This document shows positions 26,858 through 38,015 of a stretch of DNA of 64,000 nt, piece after piece. Position numbers and translations under genes: made by a program. The DNA comes from Vicinamibacterales bacterium (GTDB taxonomy: Bacteria; Acidobacteriota; Vicinamibacteria; Vicinamibacterales; CAVVIG01): assembly GCA_050183995.1 (NCBI GenBank), contig JBFXAT010000016.1, positions 1,443 to 65,442 on the forward strand, read 5' to 3'. How positions within the stretch are numbered: position 1 is the first letter of the stretch; every line of letters starts with the position of its first letter. The notes beneath the pieces are model-generated. The model saw nothing but the letters and a program-made list of their open reading frames with translations. It searched no databases and had not been told where the DNA came from.

Positions 26858-29800
26858 ATGGGACGCACTCTCCATCTGACCGCCGCGCCGGTCGCACGCC
26901 GCGCCGGGCTGCACGGATCACACGACGCCCTCTCCGCGAGCGGGAGCCGGGTCGATTCGTCACGTTTGGCGGCCGACCTGCGATCGGTGGTACGCGGAGA
27001 GGTTCGGTTCGACAGCGGCAGCCGCGCGCTCTACGCGACCGATGGATCGAACTACCGCCAGCCGCCGATCGGCGTGGTGATCCCGAGGGACGCGGAGGAT
27101 GTGATGGCGGCGCTTGAGATGTGCCGCCGGCACGGCGCGCCGGTGTTCGGGCGGGGTGGTGGAACCAGCCTCGCGGGGCAGTGCTGCAACGCGGCGGTCT
27201 GCTTCGATTTCTCGAAGTACATGAATCGCGTGCTCGAGATCGATGCACGTACGCGTCTGGGGCGCGTGCAGCCCGGGGCGATTCTCGACGATCTGCGGGC
27301 GCGGGCGGCGGGGGTCGGTCTTACCTTCGGACCGGACCCGGCGACCCACGATCACTGCACGCTCGGCGGTATGGTCGGCAACGATTCGTGCGGCGTGCAC
27401 TCGGTGATGGCGCAGTTCGCGGGCGGAGGCGCGAGGACCGCCGACAACATCGAAGAGCTCGAGGTCGTCACCTATGACGGCGTCCGCATGCGTGTCGGCG
27501 CGACGAGCGACGTTGAATTCGAGCGGATCGCGCGCGGGGGCGGACGCCGCGCGGACATCTACACCCGGCTGAAGTCGCTGGCCGACCGGTACGGCGACGC
27601 CATCCGCAGCGGCTTTCCGTCGATCCCGCGGCGGGTGTCGGGCTACAACCTGCCGTACCTGTTGCCGGAGCGCGGATTCAACGTGGCCCGTGCGCTCGTC
27701 GGGAGTGAGAGCACGTGCGCGATCGTGCTCGAGGTCGTGGCCAATCTGCTGAGCAATCCGCGCGCGCGAACGCTCGTCGTGCTGGGGTACCCGGACGTCT
27801 ACCAGGCTGGCGATCACGTGCCCGACATCCTGCCGCATCGTCCGATTGGCTTGGAGGGCATTGACGATCGGCTCGTGGCGGACATGCGGACGGCGGGCAT
27901 TCACACCAAACATCTCGGGATGCTGCCTGAGGGCAAAGGCTGGCTCCTGGTGGAGTTCGGCGGCAGCACCCACGAAGAGAGCGATGCGTTGGCGCGGCAG
28001 CTCATGGCTGCGCTCGAGTCGGCGCCAAATGCGCCGAGCATGAAGATGTTCGTCGACCGCGACGAGGAGGCCGAGATCTGGAAGATCCGGGAGTCTGGGC
28101 TCGCGGCCACGGCGCACGTGTCGCAGTCCCACCCGACCTGGCCCGGATGGGAGGATTCGGCGGTGCCCCCCGACAAGGTCGGGGAGTACCTGCGCGCGCT
28201 ACGCGGGTTGATGAACGAGTTCGGGTACACCGGCGATCTGTACGGCCACTTCGGGCAAGGATGCATCCACACGCGGGTCGACTTCGACCTGATGACGGCC
28301 GGTGGAGTCGAGCGCTACCGGCGGTTCGTCGACCACGCCGCCGACCTCGTCATCGGCCTGGGCGGATCGCTCTCGGGTGAGCACGGGGACGGTCAGGCGC
28401 GAGGAGAGCTGCTGCCGAAGATGTTCGGACGCGAGGTGATGGAGGCGTTCCGGGAGTTCAAGTCGATTTGGGATCCGGACTGGGCGATGAACCCGGGGAA
28501 GGTGATCGATCCCGCACCCCTCGATGCCAACCTGCGCCTCGGGTCGAGCTACCGCCCGGCGCACCCCGCAACACACTTTCAGTTCCCGAACGACAGCGGT
28601 GACTTCGCCAAGGCCACGCTCAGGTGTGTGGGAGTGGGGAAGTGCCGGCGCCTCGACGGCGGCACGATGTGCCCGAGCTTCATGGTGACGCGCGAAGAGG
28701 AGCACTCGACCCGCGGGCGCGCGCGTCTGTTGTTCGAGATGCTCCAGGGCGATCCACTCCAGGGAGGCTGGCAGGACGAACACGTCAAGGACGCGCTCGA
28801 TCTCTGCCTCGCATGCAAGGGCTGCAAGGGAGACTGCCCGGTCGGCGTGGACATGGCGACCTACAAGGCGGAGTTCCTTTCCCACTACTACGAGGGACGC
28901 CGGCGGCCGGTATCCGCGTACGCGTTCGGACTGATTCACTATTGGGCACGCGCGGCGGCGCAGGCGCCGGGTCTGGTGAACTTCGTCACCCAGACGCCGG
29001 GGTTGCGCGATCTCGCCAGGGTGGCTGCCGGCATGGCGCCGCAACGGTCCATCCCGCCGTTCGCCCGCACGACTTTCAAGGAGTGGTTCCGAAGCCGACC
29101 ACCGCAGCCTGCCGGCCGGCGCGGGCGCGTGATCCTGTGGGCGGACACCTTCAACAACCACTTTCACCCGAAGACGGCGATTCACGCGGTCCACGCGTTG
29201 GAGCGAGCCGGGTTCAGCGTCGACGTTCCCACGGCGGCGCTCTGCTGCGGCAGGCCGTTGTACGACTACGGCATGCTCGATCTCGCGAAGCAGTGGCTGC
29301 GAGAAATCCTCGGGCAGCTCCGGGATCCCATCGAAGACGGCGTCGCGCTGGTCGGGCTCGAGCCGAGCTGCGTCTCTGTCTTTCGAGACGAGCTGCGTGA
29401 GCTGTTCCCCGCGGATGAAAATGCGAGGCGGCTGTCCGAGCAATCCTTTACGCTCAGCGAGTTCCTTCACTCCCGCGCGGTGGAACTGCCGCAGCTGCAC
29501 CGGCGCGCACTCGTACACGGGCATTGCCACCACACGTCGATCCTCGACATGGACTCGGAGACGGAGCTGCTGGCGTCGATGGGACTCGACTGCCAGCTCC
29601 CGGAATCGGGCTGCTGCGGCATGGCAGGGTCGTTCGGCTTCGAGCGGGACCACTACGACATCTCGATGCGTGTGGGTGAGCGCGTGCTCCTGCCCGCGGT
29701 CCGCTCAGTACCGGCCGACACGCTCATCGTCGCCGACGGGTTCAGTTGTCGCACGCAGATTGCGCACGCGACGCCGCGAAGAGCGCTCCATCTGGCCGAC

Positions 29801-29974
29801 GTGATCGAGATGGCCGCGCGCGACGGGGTGCGAGGCCCGGCGGGCGACAACCCTGAACGGCGGTACGTCGAGCAGTATGGCGGCCCGCCTTCGGCGCAGA
29901 CTGCGATCGCCGTAGCTGGCGCCGCAGTCGGTCTTGGCGCAGCGACATGGGCGTGGGCGAAGCGCCGCAGGTAG
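26858..29974 (+). CDS. FAD-binding oxidase fused to an Fe-S/CCG-domain module (YdiJ/GlcD-GlcF-like 2-hydroxyacid dehydrogenase) with a C-terminal hydrophobic tail
   Basis: 1038 aa. An FAD_binding_4-type N-terminus (GGGTSLAGQ) is followed by ferredoxin-like CxxCxxC motifs (CLACKGCKGDCP), then CCG repeats (CCGRPL, CCGMAGSFG). The C-terminus is AIAVAGAAVGLGAATWAWAKRRR. Confidence 0.9.
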   Translation: MGRTLHLTAAPVARRAGLHGSHDALSASGSRVDSSRLAADLRSVVRGEVRFDSGSRALYATDGSNYRQPPIGVVIPRDAEDVMAALEMCRRHGAPVFGRGGGTSLAGQCCNAAVCFDFSKYMNRVLEIDARTRLGRVQPGAILDDLRARAAGVGLTFGPDPATHDHCTLGGMVGNDSCGVHSVMAQFAGGGARTADNIEELEVVTYDGVRMRVGATSDVEFERIARGGGRRADIYTRLKSLADRYGDAIRSGFPSIPRRVSGYNLPYLLPERGFNVARALVGSESTCAIVLEVVANLLSNPRARTLVVLGYPDVYQAGDHVPDILPHRPIGLEGIDDRLVADMRTAGIHTKHLGMLPEGKGWLLVEFGGSTHEESDALARQLMAALESAPNAPSMKMFVDRDEEAEIWKIRESGLAATAHVSQSHPTWPGWEDSAVPPDKVGEYLRALRGLMNEFGYTGDLYGHFGQGCIHTRVDFDLMTAGGVERYRRFVDHAADLVIGLGGSLSGEHGDGQARGELLPKMFGREVMEAFREFKSIWDPDWAMNPGKVIDPAPLDANLRLGSSYRPAHPATHFQFPNDSGDFAKATLRCVGVGKCRRLDGGTMCPSFMVTREEEHSTRGRARLLFEMLQGDPLQGGWQDEHVKDALDLCLACKGCKGDCPVGVDMATYKAEFLSHYYEGRRRPVSAYAFGLIHYWARAAAQAPGLVNFVTQTPGLRDLARVAAGMAPQRSIPPFARTTFKEWFRSRPPQPAGRRGRVILWADTFNNHFHPKTAIHAVHALERAGFSVDVPTAALCCGRPLYDYGMLDLAKQWLREILGQLRDPIEDGVALVGLEPSCVSVFRDELRELFPADENARRLSEQSFTLSEFLHSRAVELPQLHRRALVHGHCHHTSILDMDSETELLASMGLDCQLPESGCCGMAGSFGFERDHYDISMRVGERVLLPAVRSVPADTLIVADGFSCRTQIAHATPRRALHLADVIEMAARDGVRGPAGDNPERRYVEQYGGPPSAQTAIAVAGAAVGLGAATWAWAKRRR

Positions 29975-30007
29975 CGAGTCGACGCTCTGAGGAGCGAGGA
30001 GTCAGCG

Positions 30008-30239
30008 GTGGATGAAATGGGCAGACGACGGTGGGCGATTGCGGAAGGGTACATTCCAGGAGAGAGTCACGGGCCGGAGCCCTCGATGACCAGCCACGAA
30101 ACGGCCTGCATCCTGAACGCCGGAGATGCCCCCGCGCACGTGCGAATCACGGTGTTCTTCGGCGACAGGGAACCGGTGGGGGCTCGATTCACGGCAGGCA
30201 GCGAACGCGTTGCTGTCAACCATCGCGTGGGCCGAGTGA
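30008..30239 (+). pseudogene. Sensory rhodopsin transducer (ASRT, PF07100-like) gene remnant with an internal out-of-frame deletion
   Basis: Frame 1 reads MGRRRWAIAEGYIPGESHGPEPSMTSHETACILNAGDAPAHVRITVFFGDREPVG, which matches the ASRT N-terminal half. From about 30181 a different frame reads LDSRQAANALLSTIAWAE-stop (TGA 30237-30239), which matches the ASRT C-terminus. The central ~45 residues are missing. The 157-aa track ORF continues as junk. Confidence 0.55.
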
Positions 30240-31190
30240 GCCGCTCTTCAAGCTGCTGGCCCTTTCGGCAACCTGGTGGGCTCGCCGGGCACGCACGGCG
30301 TGTCCTGGTTGCGCCCCGGCGCCGGCGCGGCGGCAGTACGTCAGGAAGCGTTGGAACAGCTGCGTCTGGTAGCGCGCCTTGCGCCAGGCGACGGCAATCG
30401 TGCGTGACGGCTTGTCCCCGGACAGCGTTCGGTAGACCCTCCCCGCGTCCGCTCCCTTCGGCACGGCCATCTTCGGAATGAGGGACACACCTTGTCCGAG
30501 ACGCACCAGTTCGAGCACCGTGAGCAGTTGGTGGCTGCGGGAGACGACGAACGGGACCATGTCCTGCGTGCTGCAGAAGCTGAGCACGTTGCCCGTCAGG
30601 CAGTGCGCCTCGTTCAGCACGACGAACGGCTCGGACGCCAGATCCCGCATCGTGAGGCGGCGCCGGTGGGCCATCGGATGACCGGCCGGCATGGCCAGCA
30701 CGAGCTCCTCGGTGAACAGCGGCGTCGTCTCGATTTGATCGGCGTCGATGGGCAGCGCGATGATCGCGAGGTCGATGTCGCCGCTGGCGAGCTGTCGTAG
30801 CAGTTCCTGCGTCGTGTCCTCCCGGATCTCGACGTGCGCCCGCGGTACCTCCTTCAGAAAGCCGCACAACACGCCGGGCAGGAAGTAGGGCGCCACGGTG
30901 GGGATCGCGGCGACGACGAGATGCCCCGAGTCCGGTTCGTCGACCACGCGCGTCCGCGCATCTTCGGTGAGGCTCAGGATCTGATCGCAGTACTGCTTGA
31001 AGAGGTGGCCCGCCCGCGTCAGCCGCACCCCTCGTCCGAGCCGCTCGAAGAGCGGTTGTCCCAGTTCCTGCTCCAACTTTGCGATCTGCTGGCTGAGCGA
31101 CGGCTGCGACACGAAACAGGCCTCCGCGGCGCGGGTGACGCTGCCGAGCTCGGCGACCTTCGAGAAGTAGCGAAGCTGGTGCATCTCCAT
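30216..31190 (-). CDS. oxyR: LysR-family peroxide-sensing regulator OxyR
   Basis: Shows an N-terminal wHTH (LRYFSKVAELGSVTRAAEACFVSQPSLSQQI) and the redox cysteine pair with OxyR spacing (HCLTGNVLSFC, which is C-x8-C). It is divergent from katG, and AGGAGG lies 5 nt upstream of the ATG. Confidence 0.88.
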   Translation of the reverse strand: MEMHQLRYFSKVAELGSVTRAAEACFVSQPSLSQQIAKLEQELGQPLFERLGRGVRLTRAGHLFKQYCDQILSLTEDARTRVVDEPDSGHLVVAAIPTVAPYFLPGVLCGFLKEVPRAHVEIREDTTQELLRQLASGDIDLAIIALPIDADQIETTPLFTEELVLAMPAGHPMAHRRRLTMRDLASEPFVVLNEAHCLTGNVLSFCSTQDMVPFVVSRSHQLLTVLELVRLGQGVSLIPKMAVPKGADAGRVYRTLSGDKPSRTIAVAWRKARYQTQLFQRFLTYCRRAGAGAQPGHAVRARRAHQVAERASSLKSGSLGPRDG

Positions 31191-31205
31191 CCGGCCTCCT
31201 GTCTC

Positions 31206-31224
31206 AGGTATTAGCGATACCTAT
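31206..31224. promoter_or_regulatory. Candidate OxyR operator in the oxyR-katG intergenic region
   Basis: A perfect inverted repeat AGGTAT-TAGCG-ATACCT lies at 31206-31222. The overlapping sequence ATTAGCGATACCTAT (31210-31224) resembles the E. coli OxyR half-site pattern ATAGnTnnnAnCTAT. Confidence 0.4.
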
Positions 31225-31282
31225 CTCTTCCATTGTAATGAAGTCTTGGACCTATGGCTGAGTCTGCCGTAGGGTTGGATGA

Positions 31283-33565
<2,283 letters not shown>

Positions 33566-33577
33566 AGAACAGCGCGT

Positions 33578-33606
33578 CGCGGGGGGCTGCGTGCAGTTCC
33601 CCCGCG
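33578..33606. terminator. Hairpin between convergent katG and prfC
   Basis: CGCGGGGG (33578-33585) pairs perfectly with CCCCCGCG (33599-33606), enclosing a 13-nt loop. Confidence 0.45.
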
Positions 33607-33679
33607 GCGGGCTGGGCGCCACCGGCGGCGTCGGGCGCGGTCGCCCGCGCCGGTGCGTCCGCCAGGGGCGGATGGCCGT

Positions 33680-35308
33680 CTAGATCGAATCCTTGAACAG
33701 CACGTGCGGGTTCTTTTCCTGGGCGTACCGAAGCTCCCAGGTGGACTCGAACAGGATCACCTCTCGATCGAGCCTGTCTCGCACGATCAACGTTCCGGAC
33801 GATGGAAGCGTCAGCTTCGCGTCGGCCGTCTCCCGGATCGGCCAGCGGGCGGCGACGTGCGCAACGGGCTCGATCGAGCACCGGACGCCATATTCGGACT
33901 GCAGGCGCGCCTCGACGACGTCGAACTGCAGGGCACCGACGACGCCGATGATCGGGTGTCGCAGCCCGGTGCTCGGTGTGAACACCTGCATCAGCCCTTC
34001 TTCTTCGAGCTGCCGGACCGCCTCGTCGAACCGCTTGTGCCGTCCGTCGGCTGGCCGCAGGTACGCGAAGCGCTCGGCGGGGAACTGCGGAACGGGCGGA
34101 TAGCGAACGGGCCGACCTGCATAGAGCGTGTCCCCGATGGCGAGCCGGCCAGGATTGACGACTCCGACGACATCGCCGGGGAACGCCTCGGGCACCGTCT
34201 CGCGATCGCGGCCGAAGAAGCGGTAGACGCGCGAAAGCCGGATCGACGATCCGAGGCGTTCGTTGACCACGGACATGTCCTTCGCGAGGCGCCCGGAGCA
34301 GACGCGTACGAACGCGACGCGATCGCGGTGCCGCGGGTTCATGTTCGCCTGGATCTTGAAGACGAAGCCGGAGAAGTCCGGGTCGGTCGGCGAGACGAGC
34401 CGATCGTCGCTCAGGCGCGGAGCGGGGCTCGGCGCGAGCCTCAGCAGCGCGCGAAGGAAGGGCTCGACCCCGAAGTCGTTGAGGGCGCTGCCGAAGAACA
34501 CGGGTGTCAGGCGCTCGCGGCGGTACTCCTCGAGGTCGAAGCGCGTGCCCGCGCCGGCGATCATGGCGGCGGCTTCGATCAACTGCGCCTGCCGCGCGGA
34601 TCCGATGAGACTCGCGATGGCGTGGTCGTGCGGGTCCGCCACGGCGACCGGAGCGGTGCGTTCGCCCCTGGCGCCGCGCTCGTAGAGCAGGACGGAATTC
34701 GCGTCGAGGTCGTACACGCCGGCGAAGCTGGCCCCCTCGCCGAGTGGCCAGTTGATCGGAGCCGCGGCGATGCCGAGCACGCGCTCGATCTGGTCGAGCA
34801 GTTCGAAGGGATCCAGCGCGGGCTGGTCGAGCTTGTTGATGAAGGTCAAGATCGGCAGGCGGCGCGAGCGGCACACCTCGAAGAGCTTGAGCGTCTGCGG
34901 TTCGATGCCCTTGGCGGCGTCCAGCACCATCACGACGCTGTCGACGGCGAGCAGGGTGCGATAGGTGTCTTCGCTGAAGTCCTGATGCCCCGGTGTATCG
35001 AGCAGCGTGACGTGATGGCCGTCGAGCTCGAACTCGAGCGCGGCGGCGCTGATCGAGATGCCGCGTTGCTGCTCCATCTCCATCCAGTCGGAGACGGCAT
35101 GCCGCTGCGTCTTACGCCCTCTGACGGCGCCCGCCAGTTCGACGGCGCCCGCGTACAGGAGGAGCTTCTCGGTCAGCGTCGTCTTGCCCGCGTCCGGGTG
35201 GGAGATGATCGCGAAGGTTCGCCGCCGGGCGACTTCGCGCGCGAGCGTTTCGGTCTCACCAGACGACTCGCTGATGGGTGACGTCGAAGGCGGGGTATCC
35301 AGGTTCAC
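33680..35308 (-). CDS. prfC: Peptide chain release factor 3
   Basis: Contains RRRTFAIISHPDAGKTTLTEKLLLY, AVSDWMEMEQQRGISI and LLDTPGHQDF. The start is GTG, and no clear SD is present. Confidence 0.93.
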   Translation of the reverse strand: MNLDTPPSTSPISESSGETETLAREVARRRTFAIISHPDAGKTTLTEKLLLYAGAVELAGAVRGRKTQRHAVSDWMEMEQQRGISISAAALEFELDGHHVTLLDTPGHQDFSEDTYRTLLAVDSVVMVLDAAKGIEPQTLKLFEVCRSRRLPILTFINKLDQPALDPFELLDQIERVLGIAAAPINWPLGEGASFAGVYDLDANSVLLYERGARGERTAPVAVADPHDHAIASLIGSARQAQLIEAAAMIAGAGTRFDLEEYRRERLTPVFFGSALNDFGVEPFLRALLRLAPSPAPRLSDDRLVSPTDPDFSGFVFKIQANMNPRHRDRVAFVRVCSGRLAKDMSVVNERLGSSIRLSRVYRFFGRDRETVPEAFPGDVVGVVNPGRLAIGDTLYAGRPVRYPPVPQFPAERFAYLRPADGRHKRFDEAVRQLEEEGLMQVFTPSTGLRHPIIGVVGALQFDVVEARLQSEYGVRCSIEPVAHVAARWPIRETADAKLTLPSSGTLIVRDRLDREVILFESTWELRYAQEKNPHVLFKDSI

Positions 35309-35545
35309 CGTGAGGGACCGTTCGTCTCGGGAGCGTGGCGACTCGCGATGGGGAGGAGCCGCGGGTTCGTGACCAGTTTACATGAACACGTGCGTGTGGC
35401 TCCGCTGGGCCGGACGCGTGGCGGTGGATGGCTGTCGCCCGATTGTGCGATCGACCGCGTGGGGCCTGCTCTCGAGCGGTGGCGCGGGAGGGCAGGGGGG
35501 CTTCGATCTGGGGGGGCGGCTGTCAGCAGACCGCCGAACGCGGCG

Positions 35546-35620
35546 TGGTGACCCGGGCGGGGATCGAACCCGCGACCCTCTGATTAAAAGTCAGATGCTC
35601 TACCACTGAGCTACCAGGTC
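35546..35620 (-). tRNA. tRNA-Lys (anticodon UUU), CCA encoded
   Basis: The reverse complement folds by hand as a cloverleaf: GACCTGG-TA-GCTC-AGTGGTA-GAGC-A-TCTGA-CTTTTAA-TCAGA-GGGTC-GCGGG-TTCGATC-CCCGC-CCGGGTC-A-CCA. All four stems pair, and the acceptor stem has one G:U. Confidence 0.95.
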
Positions 35621-35728
35621 ACGCGACCTGTATGTTACTACGCAGGATCGCGCCGCACGGCGTGCGCCCAGCCGCCGCCGTTCGACCGTGCCGCGATGCC
35701 CACGGCGAAGTCCGCAATCGTTCGCCCG

Positions 35729-36640
35729 TCAGAGGATCTTCAGGCCGAGCGCCGACAGCGCCAGCCCCGTGCCGAGCTCCGCCGTCGTGTTCCGCAGATC
35801 CAGCGTCGGGTTCACCTCCACGAGATCGAGCGAGGTGAGCAAGCCCGAGTCTGCGACGATCTCCATGAGCGTGTGCGCCTCGCGATAGTCGAGGCCGCCG
35901 CGCACCGGCGTGCCGACGCCCGGCGCAATGCTGGGATCGCACACGTCCATGTCGAACGACACGTGAATCCCCGTCGTGCCGGCCGAGGCGATCGCGACCG
36001 CCTGCTCCGCGACCGACGCGATGCCGTGTCGATCGATGTCCTTCATCGTGAAGACGTGCACACCGGCGTCGCGGACTAACTGCTTCTCGCGCTCATCGAG
36101 ATTGCGAACGCCGACGAGCACGGTCTGCTCGGCCGACACCTTCGGCGAGAACCCGCCGATGCCCGAGAGCTCGTGCGGCTCCGACCCGAGCAGCGCCGCG
36201 AGCGGCATTCCATGAACGTTGCCGCTCGGCGACGTCTCCGGGGTGTTCATGTCGCCGTGGGCGTCGATCCAGATCAGCCCGATCGGCTTCGCCCGCGCCG
36301 CACGCGCCCACGCGGAGGCCGCCGCGACCGACCCGGCCGCAAGACTGTGATCGCCCCCGAGCACGAGCGGCATCGCCCCGGCGTCGAACGCCTCGCGCGC
36401 ACGTTCGTAGAGCTCGCCGCACACCCGCGCGATGTCGTCGATGAACTTCTTGTGCTCGTGCTGCCGATCCTGCGTCTCCGGAATCGGCACGGCGAGGTTC
36501 CCGCGGTCGACCACGGCATATCCGAGCGTCGCGATCTGCTCGCCGAGGCCGGCGATGCGAAACGCGGACGGCCCCATGTCGACGCCGCGGCGTCCGCCGC
36601 CGAGATCCAGCGGGACGCCGATGATGTGCACGGACTTCAT
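35729..36640 (-). CDS. rocF: Arginase
   Basis: In-frame ATG inside track ORF 35729..36736. Contains MKSVHIIGVPLDLGGGRRGVDMGPSAFR, GGDHS, DAHGDMNTP and SFDMDVCDP. An ATGA overlap links it to the hemY stop. Confidence 0.9.
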   Translation of the reverse strand: MKSVHIIGVPLDLGGGRRGVDMGPSAFRIAGLGEQIATLGYAVVDRGNLAVPIPETQDRQHEHKKFIDDIARVCGELYERAREAFDAGAMPLVLGGDHSLAAGSVAAASAWARAARAKPIGLIWIDAHGDMNTPETSPSGNVHGMPLAALLGSEPHELSGIGGFSPKVSAEQTVLVGVRNLDEREKQLVRDAGVHVFTMKDIDRHGIASVAEQAVAIASAGTTGIHVSFDMDVCDPSIAPGVGTPVRGGLDYREAHTLMEIVADSGLLTSLDLVEVNPTLDLRNTTAELGTGLALSALGLKIL

Positions 36641-38013
36641 TCGCGCATCCAGTCCGCGGCCCGACGCGCGACCGCGCGACCGTCGGCCACGCAGTCGGGG
36701 ACGCCGACGCCGCGAAAGCCGCTGCCCGTGACCCACAAGCCCGGTCGCGTCGCCAACTCCCGCTCGATCGCGTCGACGCGCTCCAGGTGCCCGACTTCGT
36801 GCTGCGCATTCGCGCGTTCCCAGCGATAGACGCGCGTGAACAGCGGATCGCCCGTGATGCCCAGCAGCGGCGCCATTGCACGGAGCCCGGTCGAGACCAG
36901 CTGCGCATCGGAGCGATCGAGCGCCTCCGGATCACGCGCCCCGCCGAGAAACGCCCGCAACAGCACGTGGCCGTCCGGCGCCCGATGCGGCCACTTCGAC
37001 GACAGCCACGATCCGGCCAGAATGCCGGTGCCTTCCACCCGCGGGACCACGAACCCACTGCCGTTCAGCGGATGCGAGACCGAGGCGCGCGCGAACGCGA
37101 AGGCGACGGTCGCCACCGAGGCATAGGGGACCTCGGCGCAAAGGCGCGCGACGCCCGGCGCGGACTGGCGCAGCAGCGCGGCCGCGGCGTGAGCCGGCGC
37201 CGCCAGAATCACGCCGCGGGCCGACTGGCGTTCGCCGCCGGCGCACTCGACGTGCCAGCCCTGGTCGTCGCGCCACACGCGCGTGACCGGCGTGTCGACG
37301 CGCACGGCTTGCCTCGGCAGCATGGCGGCGAGCGCATCGGTCAGCTCGCTGAGCCCTCCGGGAAGCGAGCGGAACGCGCCGTCCGGACTCGCCGGCCGCG
37401 GCTGACTCCGAAATGCCCGAAGCAGACTGCCGAAGCGCTGCTCGGTCTCGCGCAGCCTCGGGAACAGCGCGCGGACCGACAGCCGATCGACATCCCCCGC
37501 GTGAATGCCGGCGAGCAGCGGCTCGGCCAGATACGTGGTCGCTTCGCTGCCGAAGCGGCGTCGCATGAAGGCGCCAATCGACTCATCGCCATCGTCGCGC
37601 CGAGGCGGGACGAACATTTCGGCACCCATGCGAAGCTTGCCCGGAAGGCTAAAGAGGGATGTGCGGATGAACGGCCCCCATGCCGTTGGTATCCCAAGGA
37701 CCGACGCGGCGGGAAGCGCGTGCAGGCGCCCGCCCCGCTGAATGTATGCGATGCGCGGGAGCTTGGTCGGGACGAGCCTCGCGCCGAGCCCGAGCTCCTG
37801 ACAGAGCTTGATGGCTTCGGGTTTCTGCACCAGCAGCGAATCGGGTCCCGCGTCGACCGTGAAGGGTCCGACCCGCTCGCTGAGAACGACGCCGCCGATT
37901 CGCGGGCCGGCTTCCAGGAGCAGGAAGGGCACGCGTTGCTGCAGTAGTTCGTACGCCGCGGACAAGCCGGCCATCCCGCCGCCGACGATCAGGATGGGAG
38001 GGGCCGCGACCAT
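36637..38013 (-). CDS. hemY: HemY-family protoporphyrinogen/coproporphyrinogen III oxidase (FAD-dependent)
   Basis: 458 aa. Shows the dinucleotide fold ILIVGGGMAGLSAAYEL...LLEAGPRIGG and a HemY-like C-terminal region. Confidence 0.88.
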   Translation of the reverse strand: MVAAPPILIVGGGMAGLSAAYELLQQRVPFLLLEAGPRIGGVVLSERVGPFTVDAGPDSLLVQKPEAIKLCQELGLGARLVPTKLPRIAYIQRGGRLHALPAASVLGIPTAWGPFIRTSLFSLPGKLRMGAEMFVPPRRDDGDESIGAFMRRRFGSEATTYLAEPLLAGIHAGDVDRLSVRALFPRLRETEQRFGSLLRAFRSQPRPASPDGAFRSLPGGLSELTDALAAMLPRQAVRVDTPVTRVWRDDQGWHVECAGGERQSARGVILAAPAHAAAALLRQSAPGVARLCAEVPYASVATVAFAFARASVSHPLNGSGFVVPRVEGTGILAGSWLSSKWPHRAPDGHVLLRAFLGGARDPEALDRSDAQLVSTGLRAMAPLLGITGDPLFTRVYRWERANAQHEVGHLERVDAIERELATRPGLWVTGSGFRGVGVPDCVADGRAVARRAADWMRE

Positions 38014-38015
38014 GG

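Noticed and set aside
28199-29653. A 484-aa minus-strand ORF inside the FAD/Fe-S dehydrogenase gene
   Set aside because: It is antisense to a gene with clear FAD, ferredoxin and CCG motifs, and its translation is Arg-rich with no motifs.
30008-30481. The 157-aa ORF taken at face value as an intact ASRT-like protein
   Set aside because: Only the first ~57 residues resemble the family. The remainder is Arg/Ser/Pro junk antisense to oxyR. The family's C-terminal signature is present in another frame and ends at 30239.
35309-35728. tRNA-Lys as the edge of an integrated genomic island
   Set aside because: No integrase, no direct repeat of the tRNA 3' end, and no compositional shift is visible on either side. 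The flanking genes (prfC and arginase) are housekeeping.
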